Assembly: GCA_016748015.1 (NCBI GenBank)
Contig: JAAOMT010000379.1
Span: 30,194-62,513 of the forward strand
DNA length: 32,320 bases
Source of the DNA: Geosiphon pyriformis uo1
Lineage: Eukaryota; Fungi; Glomeromycota
Direction of reading: 5' to 3'
Shown: positions 22,870 to 32,320 of the stretch, piece by piece
Position numbering within the stretch: the stretch's first letter is position 1
Layout of the letters: the number at the start of each line of letters is the position of its first letter
Made by a program: the position numbers and the translations under genes
Notes under the pieces: model-generated
The model's input: the letters and a program-made list of their open reading frames with translations, nothing else
Databases searched by the model: none
Told to the model about the DNA's origin: nothing

Positions 22870-24880
22870 CAATAACAACTTCAAAGTGGTGACTACACCA
22901 GACACAATAACTCTAGAATATTATCAGTCGATTTATACTTATTGTAAGCAAAGATTTAACATCCAAGACGAAATTAAAATTTTCAAAAAAACATTATACT
23001 AATACATCAAAAATTGCATCAACAATTATCTTTTTGAAAACTACAATATTTTAGAAGTCAGAAGCCACCTCTATAAAAATCTATTAAATTATTCTAACTT
23101 GAAAACTAAAGACTTTAACAGTAAAACACTTGACATCTATTTTCATAAACTCAATTATAATATTATTTAGTATTGTGAAGAAAAATACTCAGTACAGTCC
23201 AAATACTTTCTTGATTTTAAATTAGAACCAGAAAATAGCAACAATAGAAAACAGAAAAAGAAAACATTTCAAGTTAGGCATACAATTTACAACACACCAA
23301 AAACAACTGCCAAACACTTACAAATACCCAAACAAAAAACCAGTGCCAAATTACCACTTTTTATTACACCATTTCCAATTTTATTTGCTCAATTGTAAAC
23401 TTTTAACTCATTACTTATCTAGTTCTCGAAACTAAAAAATTTTCAGTTATCTAAAAGTCCTACTCAACAGCAGAAACCAATATTAACCAGCACCAATTTC
23501 TTGATTACTTAAAAAAAAACCAAAGTAATTACTTAAAAAACATAGAAAGTAAAAAAACTAAATTAGAACAAAAAGAAACTACTAAAAACGAAGAAGAAAT
23601 GGCAACTACATACATTGCAAAAATCACTGAATTCACAGGAAAAGATGCTGACACCAGCCCACAAGAATGGCTTGACAAAGTCCAGAAAGCAGAAGATGCA
23701 AACAGATAGAATGCAACAAGAATACTAAAAGCAATCTCATACTTTTTCTAAAAAACAGCAGGAGAATGGTTTGAAAATTTGACTGAACTTTTTGAAAGCT
23801 AATAAGCATTCAAAGATGCTTTTTTGGAGCAATTTACTGACAACAACACCTTTATTACTTTCTGAAATTGCTTTCACAATATCAAACAAAAATCATCTAA
23901 AACTGTCATGACTTATTTTGAAAGGTTTAACAAACTTTTCAAATAAATTTAACAATTGAAAACCAATAACTATTACTCCAATACTCAAATTTTGGATCAG
24001 TTTATTGCAGAATTGAAAGATAAATTAATTAAGAAAGTTTGTTCTTATGCTCTAACAAACTTAGCTACAGCCATACAATATGCAAAAAACTATGAAATAA
24101 CTATAAAAGAAGCAAATTAAACATAACTTGTAAATCTTGTTATGAGAAAAACTAGCTCAGCAGCTGAAAAAAAAATTGACCAACTCACAAAGAAGATCAA
24201 AAATTATTTTATTAATTAACAATAATAGCAACAACCACAAAGATATTAGTTATTCAAATAACACAATCAAAACAATTATGCCTTATTACCTAATAATTAA
24301 TTACAAAGCTGTCATTATTATGAAATTCTAGAACATTAAAAATGAGATTGCAGAAAATTACAATAAAACCAACAAAACAGAAGTAATCAATATTACTTTT
24401 CATCACAACAATTTTATTACCAATCTTCACCATTAACTTATTACCTACCAAGATCACAAAATCAAAACAGTTACTATCAATCTGCTTTACAATCTATGCA
24501 GCAGCAATATTAGCAACTTCTACTAATTTAGCAATATCAATTATTATCTACTTAACAATATCAAATATTTGTTGGAAAATTGGTTTAACAAAACCAATTT
24601 ACACATCAAAATTGCTTTCAAAGTAACAATAACAGAATTAACTTAAACAACCAGTTAGTTCTCCAAAATTTTGGTAAACAAAAGTCTAATCACTATTATA
24701 CTCAACCAAGTTACTTAACCATGTCTAAAGAACAGAATTTTTAACAAACTGCACTTTCTGAAAATTAAGCCACAGCAATAAAATTAAATTCTTTTATTAA
24801 TACCATCTAATCAGCTTAAATTGCTCAAAATGCTAACCTTTTAGACATATTTTTATTCGAATTTAAAGCCAATAAATTAC
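22870..24880 (+). pseudogene. E5 gag
   Basis: MATTYIAKITEFTGKDADTSPQEWL at 23599; decayed CCHC knuckle at 24310-24351. Confidence 0.87.
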
Positions 24881-24914
24881 TATTTTTGCTTAGTAATATA
24901 GCAATTAATGAACA

Positions 24915-25265
24915 AAAAACAATTACAGCTATGTATATTGAAACTAAAATAGAAGAAAAACAAATCTGTTTAATTCTAAACAATAAATTTGCTGAAAGTA
25001 TTATTACCTATTAATTGATATAACAGCTTAAAAAAAACATTGACAGATCAGCTCAAACTGTAATTTTTATAGCTGATAACATGAAAAATACCTTTATAAA
25101 AGAAATTGACAACTTTCTATTTACTATTAATAAAATTACTATTTCAGTCAAAATTTTAGTTATGAATGCACCCTAATATTAAGCTCTTGTCAGAAATGAT
25201 TGACTTCTTAAGACAAATACAAATTTAGATTAGAAAATCCAGAAATTGAAGATTTTTTATCAAAG
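24915..25265 (+). pseudogene. E5 aspartic protease
   Basis: ITAMY...LILNNKFAESII...ALVRND*L, colinear with E2. Confidence 0.85.
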
Positions 25266-25489
25266 ACAATATACCCAAGTACTTGCTATTTATAGTATTT
25301 TTAACAAACAAGCAGAAAAGGCCTCAGTATTCGAATTTGAAGAGAAAAAAAAATACCAATCATTAAAATTTTTATGGCTTTTGGATTACTATTTAATTGG
25401 GCTGAAGAAATAGAACAAAAATTTTTTAAAGAAACTAAAGGATGAAATATTGTTTGTTATTCTATACCAGAATTATGAAAACAACTACC

Positions 25490-26110
25490 CTATATATTAC
25501 TCAAATGCAAAAATTGCAACAAAAAACTTTCATCAATAGGAGCATGCATATTCCCAAAAAAAAATATGAAATTTGCACCTACTACTTTTGCAAAGTCTGT
25601 CATAAAAAATGATTTAGATATCCCAAATAAAGTGGAAAATAGGACAATACTTCTTGTCTTATATGTAAAAAAATGCTATCAGAAAAATGCAACTGAATTG
25701 AAATTGCAATGAGAGGAGAAGTATGTGACCAAACTTGTCAATACACTCTATTCATTGCAGAAAAAGTAAAAAAAAACCTTATTTGATGTTGTTTACAATA
25801 GTGCTCTCAACAAACTTTATTATTACCCACATAATGCTAAGATAATTTATGAATTAGTCATGATTTTAATTAATAGAAAAACCCAAAAAAATGTTTACTA
25901 AATGAAAAAAGCTAAATACATTGAGTATATAATAAAATTAGCTAGACTTAACTATAAAAATAAAGTAAAAACATATCACCAAATTGCAAGTCATACTTAT
26001 TTGACTCAAAAAGCTCAAATTCAATGATTGGAGCAAATAAACATTTAATTATGTGAAGAATACATCATATCTTGTAATAACAAATAGTGTTTAGAATGTT
26101 ATGCTCTTAG
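25490..26110 (+). other. E5 Cys-rich region
   Basis: CKNCNKKLSSIGAC, CKVC, CLIC, CDQTCQY, LCEE...CLEC. Confidence 0.7.
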
Positions 26111-26249
26111 CACCTTTTTGCTCAGCAAAAATAACCAGAAGGAAATTGAGTTTGGAGAATCAAAGCACAAAGAAAAAATTGTAACAACTCCAATCTATCT
26201 CACTAAAAATTAACCAGCTCTACAACTTAAATATTTCGACAATAATAAT

Positions 26250-26655
26250 CAAAAAATTAAGTCTGAGAAAGCTTATAAAATTGATGCAAGATATAATTTA
26301 CAATATTCTGGCAAAAATACTTTGGTCTTTTAACCAAAATTCCTTACTAAAATCAATCTAAAAATTGCTCTTGAAATTCCACTAAGAATAATAGTACAAA
26401 TTGCTTCCTGATTATTATTGGCAAGTAAAAAAATCAATGTTAGAGGAGAAGTTATAGATACAAAATATACAGAAGACATCATCATAATGCTACAAAATAA
26501 AACTAAGAAACTATTTAGAATAAAGCATGTTAAAAAATTTGCACAAGCTATTTATTTATTTTTAATTAACATTTTAGGATTACAATTACTTAATAACAGA
26601 AAACAATTAGAAAAAAATAAAAAAAGAACTTAAGATTTTGGTTTAACTAAACAAT
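26250..26655 (+). pseudogene. dut: E5 dUTPase
   Basis: IDARYNL, QIAS*LLLASKKINVRGEVIDTKYTEDI, KFAQAI, RT*DFGLT; colinear with the E2 dUTPase. Confidence 0.85.
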
Positions 26656-27109
26656 TTACAGTTTTAGTATATATAGCTTTCAATATATAAAATAAATTTT
26701 ATCAAATTCTTTGACTTTTCCAACCAATTACTATTTCACTTTTTAGAAAAAATTATGAAATCTACATTTGCTTAAAATCCACTACTACTCAACAAATCTT
26801 TGAGTCAAATAAACAAATCTGTTTAAAGCATGAAATTTCAATTCTAAACATTTATATTTCACAAAAAATAAAAAAATTTCGAGTTACATTCTATAATCTC
26901 AACAATTACTGTATTATTTTATTAAATAAATTGGAAATTGGAATTATACATAGCAACATCTTCCAAGATGAAAACTCTCAAATTGTTTCTAATTTTATTA
27001 AAATTGCAAGACATATTCTACTTCTTAATCCAAACAATATCTTTATTATTGAAAACTACTACATAATAGAAAAAAAGCTTTTTTGAATTAACATGAGTCC
27101 CTTAGAATT

Positions 27110-28495
27110 TTAACAACAAAGACAATTAAAACAGTTAATAGCTAAATTTGCTAATATATTTGTAAAAAACAACAATGATTTAGGAAAAACAGATATTATT
27201 CAACACCAAATCCATACAGAAAATGCTCTACCAAAATGGCAACAAGCTTACTAAATTCTATTTTCTAACCACCAATTTATTAGAAAAGAGATTCAAAGAA
27301 TACTTAATAATTGATTGATTCAACCATCAAGAAATCCATGAATCTCATCAATAGTTTTTGTCAAAAAAAACGAAAAAATCAGATTTTGTGTTGATTATTA
27401 ACAATTGAATAATGTTATAATTAGAAATACATACCCACTTTCAAGAATTAATGACATGTTAGATGTTTTAAAAAAAGCCAAGTTTTTTTCAACATTAGAC
27501 TTAGAAAGTAGATACTGACAAGTTGAAATAAATCTTAAAGATTGTCTTAAAACAGCATTTACAACTCAAGAAGAAAACTATAAGTTCAATATTATACTAT
27601 TCAGACTTTGTAATACACCAGCAACATTTTAGTGACTCATAGATGTTGTTTATAAAAGATTCCTATAGCAATTAGTAGTTGTCTATTTTAATAATACTAA
27701 TGTGTATTTTTTAAGCTTTAAAGCTTATTTGATTTACCTGTAAAAAGTTTTTTAACAATTATAGAAAGCAAAATTGAAATTGAACATTGAAAAATATTAC
27801 TTTGAAAAAACAAATTTAATCTTTCTTGATCATATTGTCAGTAAAGATAGAGTATCACCCAATCCAGAAACAATTAATGCTATAAAAAACTTTAAAATTT
27901 CTTAAAATACCACAGAACTAAAAAGATTTGTCAGTTTAGCTTCTTACTATTGAAAATTTATCAAAAAATTTTCAGAAATTGCCAAACTTCTTAATCATTT
28001 TACCAATAAAAATATTAAATACCAATGGACTTTAGCACAACAAACTGCATTTAATACTCTTAAAGAAAAACTCACAACAACATTAATATTTGCTTATCTA
28101 GACTTTAATAAATGATTCCAGTTAATCACTGATGCTTTACACATAGCTTTTAGTACTATTTTATTACAATTAGATAACAATGACAATAAATAAGTAATTG
28201 TTTATGCAGTAGAATACTCAAACCAACAAAACTCAAATATGGTTCAACAGAATTAAAAACTGCTACAGTTATTTGGGCTCTCAAACATTTTCAATAGTAC
28301 CTGAAGAATAGAAAAAAATTTGACATTATAATCAACAATATTGGTCTCAAATGGCTTAATAAAAAGAAATCTGAACAAAGTGCCAAAAAATCTCAATGGA
28401 ATAATTTTCTAGCAAACTACAAATATATTGTACATTACAAACTTAGAAAACTACATACTAATATTGATAATCTTTCAAGAATAAGACAGAATTAA
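27110..28495 (+). pseudogene. E5 reverse transcriptase and RNase H
   Basis: IRFCVDY*QLN, FSTLDL, FVSLASYY, FQLITDA. Confidence 0.92.
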
Positions 28496-28554
28496 TACCA
28501 ACAGCAATTCTATCACAACTTACTAATTTATTAATAAATAATAATCAAACAACA

Positions 28555-29935
28555 ATGAACTCCAAAACTACAATATTAAAAACTATTTAAAAACTCTTAC
28601 CATGCTAAAAAATTGATTTCCAAGTAAAAAATACTAATTACAACATTAAACAAAACAATATTTTATTTACCACAACAAAATTTATTATTAAAATTGCAGA
28701 AATTTATTCAATCTATTCAGATTAGTTTAACAAAACAAAAAAGAAACAATTTTATACAACATGCAAACAAATTCTTCATCAGAATATCTAAAAAAAAATA
28801 ACACAATACAAAAAACACTTGAATATTATTTTTGGCCCCAGATGCAAAAAGACATTCGACAGTATATAAAATTATGTAATAGTTGTTAAAAAAGAAGAGA
28901 AATTCGACTCACTAAATCTTTAAATTCAATTAAAGTTAAACAATTTTTTGACAAGGTTGGTATTAATTTAATCAAACCACTATCTATTACAAACCAAAGA
29001 AACTGTTATATTATAGTTGTAAAAAATTATCTCACTAAATGGCCTAAAACCAGAGCCATTCAAAAAGCAGATAACAAATGAGTAGCAAATTTTATTTATG
29101 AAGACATTATTTATAGACATAAATATTTAATTAAACTTTTATCAAACCAAGAAACTTATTTTGTAAACAACTTAATACAAAATATTTGTGAACAATTTAA
29201 TATTAAAAAATCTTTATCATTACTCTATTACTTACAAACAAATATATTTGTAGAATATTTTAACAGAACATTGTATAAATTATAGCCAAAATTTCAACTA
29301 ATTTTGAGCAAAAATAGAATATTTTTATTCTATTAATATTATTAATATACAGAATACTAAAACAAAATACAACAAAGCATATACTATTTGATTTGACTTA
29401 TAGAAAAATAGCAATACTACCAATTAATTTATAGTAAAAACATACCTAGTACAATCAATTACTGAAAAAAACTTCTAAAAAACACTTTAATAAAAAGCTT
29501 ACATCCTGTTTAGTACTTTAGAAGAAAAACAATGAATAACAGCAACTTATATTAAATATTCTTATGCTTAATAAAAAGAATGGCATAACAACACATTGCC
29601 ATCAGTCACCAATAAATTTAAAATTGGAAACAAAGAGTTTTTACACAAAACTAAGGCTAAAAAACAATGGAATGAGAAATTTGAATATAAATAGGATAAA
29701 TTATTTTATATTCATAAAATTCTAAGCAATAAATCATACAAATTAAGACTTGATAACAAAGTTTTAGCAAAAGTTGCACAGGGAGATTAATTAAAACACT
29801 ATTAATTCAAAAATCATTCTGAACTACTAATTTTACAAATTGGTACACATTCTCCTTTAATTAATCCTGAAGATATTTCCTGAAAGTTAAAACCAATAAT
29901 TGTAGTAGAACAACAACCAAACTTTAATACTTAAT
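28555..29935 (+). pseudogene. E5 integrase
   Basis: YYFWPQM, YLTKWPKTRAI, FNRTL, and a GPY/F-like tail. Confidence 0.9.
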
Positions 29936-30099
29936 TTAACATTACTTATAATAATTTCTTTTGATAATACAAACATAAAACAAAAATAGTAAATAATTAC
30001 AAAAAATATCCAAACCCAAAAACACATAGAAAACTCTATACCCAAAAATAATCTCTTTTATTCTTTTTTAAATTTTATTTTTAGTTAGTCATTTTTTTA

Positions 30100-30525
30100 A
30101 TTATAATCATTCTCTAAAACATTTAACAATTATCTTAAAAATTAATGTTAACTTTAAAAACACTTCCTGACTTATTTATAACAATTAATAAAAGTCAAAT
30201 TAATTATACCCAAAAAGAAACTATAATACCAGTAGTAAATAATTTTCAAAATTATTACTCTTATAAAAAAAACACAAAAAGTTATTCTGAAAGTTATTTA
30301 CCAGAACTTTTAAAACAAGCTCTCAAAAAAAATTTTTTAATTGTTTCTATTGACATTTTACCAAATGCCACAATCCAACAAAAACTTTTACTATTTCTCA
30401 ATGAACAAAACAATAATTATATTCTTATTTATAAATATTTTTATATTGAAAGAACACTTTATGAACAAAAACTAGAATTTGAAACAACAAATCTCACTTT
30501 TGAAGTTATATAAAAACAAATTCAC
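30100..30525 (+). pseudogene. E5 ORF3 (partial, runs into a gap)
   Basis: 122-aa ORF at 30145-30513; ITINKSQINY and YFYIERTL match E2 ITINQQTI*Y and YFYLE*YL. Confidence 0.75.
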
Positions 30526-30567
30526 NNNNNNNNNNNNNNNNNNNNNNNNNNNNNNNNNNNNNNNNNN

Positions 30568-31246
30568 GAAATGTATCTTTAGTTTGCCAAAATTATAGCA
30601 AAGAGAAAAGTACAAGTTCAAAAACTAGTACTACAGCAAGTTGTATAAAAGAAAAACTTCTCTCTTCAAGAAAATATATCTTACTTTAGATATTTTAATT
30701 AAAACAAATTATTTTTTATATATTCTTACAAAATCAAATAAAAATTAAATATTTAAAAACCAAATTCTTAATTATTATACTTGAAATTCACAAAAACTAA
30801 CTAATGTTTTGAAATTGATTAGCTACTAATTTCAATAATCTGTTAGTAACTTCAGACTTAAATAGAAAACTTTTTTCTTGACAATATTTCATTTTTTTTA
30901 TTTTTTTTTTATTTTTTTTTACTTTTCTTATCATAATTTTTAAGGTAGTCTACAGATAAAATTTCTGTAAAAGAGTTAACTTTTACAGCAAAGTAATTAC
31001 ACATTTTTAGTGGGCTTCCAGATGAGCAATTTTTGGAAAAGAGTTGATGTTTACTACATCATAACTACATAAAATAACTGGTATGGAATTGGTCATTCTA
31101 CTTATAAGCCCAGCAGTTCAAATTATTGGAGATAATTTAAAGATAAATTCAGTTATCAGAGGTCTAACTACTTTCAGAAAACATGAATTCACAGTTAACA
31201 GGCATTAAAACCATTCAAAAAAAGAGACCAAAAATCTTTGATAACA
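30568..31246 (+). repeat. E5 3' LTR (start lost in gap)
   Basis: Ends TTTGATAACA; homologous to the 5' LTR. Confidence 0.88.
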
Positions 31247-31334
31247 CCAGTCATTAAGATTACACAAATAAAATTCAGGAAATGAATACATCCAAAATCC
31301 AAATTCCCAGAACTATTTAAGTCTTTTAGTAATA

Positions 31335-31627
31335 TTATTTCTAAATTTTTGCTTTTAAATCAATGTTAATACTTTGTGATTAGTATATATATTAAATTTT
31401 TGACTTAAGTATTTCTTTTATTTAATAATAGCTCAATAAATGGCTAAATGTTTTAATGCTAAAGTGTTATAGTTCTTTTTAGCTGAACTTTAACTTTTGT
31501 TAACATATATTACTGAATGTTTTTGTCTATTTAATTCTTTTTGTAATAGTATTGTTCTTAATAGTAATAATGAATAGTTTGCTGTAATCTAAGTAGATTA
31601 ATATTGGAGCTTAAATAAGTTTTCTAT
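31335..31627 (-). pseudogene. E3 host fragment: RNase H
   Basis: Matches E2 ~10840-11150 and continues directly from 19502. Confidence 0.85.
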
Positions 31628-31696
31628 TGTTATTAGCAAAAATGATATTTTTTATAATAATAATTTANNNNNNNNNNNNNNNNNNNNCTCAGTCTT

Positions 31697-32320
31697 GAGA
31701 AGAAGATTATGTTACCAGTAAAATTTTAACTATTAATTAGTATAAAATTATCTTTTTAATTCCTAGTATTAATTAGTATATATTATTTCAATTATCACTT
31801 ATTAGTTAATTAAATTATCAAATATTATCATTCAATTAATAATCCAATTTGTACTATAGAAAGTAAGATAATTAAATTACATAATACTTTAAACCATTTA
31901 ATATTCAAAAATTCGTCGAAATTTGTAGAAATTGGCTGAAATAATTAATAGTTTGTAGAAATAACTTGTAATTTACCGAAATGTATTTTTAGTTTGCTAA
32001 AATTATAGCAAAGAGAAAAGTACAAGTTCAAAAACTAGTACTACAGCAAGTTGTATAAAAGAAAAACTTCTCTCTTCAAGAAAATATATCTTACTTTAGA
32101 TATTTTAATTAAAACAAATTATCTTTTATACATTCTTACAAAATCAAATAAAAATTAAATATTTAAAAACCAAATTCTTAATTATTATACTTGAAATTTA
32201 CAAAAACTAACTAATGTTTTGAAATTAATTAGCTACTAATTTCAATAATCTGTTAGTAACTTCAGACTTAAATAGAAAACTTTTTTCTTGACAATATTTC
32301 ATTTTTTTTATTTTTTTTTT
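31697..32320 (+). repeat. PPT plus family-C LTR copy (runs off the window)
   Basis: GAGAAGAAGA then TGTTACC at 31710; nearly identical to 30568-30910 over the overlap. Confidence 0.88.

Larger units (their letters stand above)
21982..31246 (+). mobile_element. E5: near full-length Gypsy element (family C) with Cys-rich domain, dUTPase and ORF3
   Basis: LTRs at ~21982-22840 and 30568-31246 (both affected by N gaps), PBS, and all pol domains. Confidence 0.92.
19503..31334 (+). mobile_element. E4: truncated family-B element (5' LTR, PBS, gag) interrupted by E5
   Basis: TTAT duplicated at 19499-19502 and 31335-31338; gag resumes at 31247-31334 (QNPNSQNYLSLLV). Confidence 0.82.

Overview
AT-rich, CpG-depleted eukaryotic DNA with no host gene. 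It is probably fungal, and the proteins remind me of Glomeromycotina/Geosiphon-type repeats (recollection, not tested). The window is a nest of decayed Ty3/Gypsy LTR retrotransposons. One old minus-strand host (E3) survives as five pieces: 1-90, 7801-7831, 17737-19055, 19443-19502 and 31335-31627. It is split by full-length E1 (91-7800, -), full-length E2 (7832-17736, -) and truncated E4 (19503-31334, +), and E4 contains near full-length E5 (~21982-31246, +). All ORFs are broken by C>T/G>A transitions. The novel-looking cargo is (i) a conserved ~200-220 aa third ORF between integrase and the polypurine tract (PPT) in E2, E3 and E5, with a same-position, more weakly similar ORF in E1, and (ii) a conserved Cys-rich module plus dUTPase between protease and RT in E2 and E5. 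Four N gaps limit certainty.
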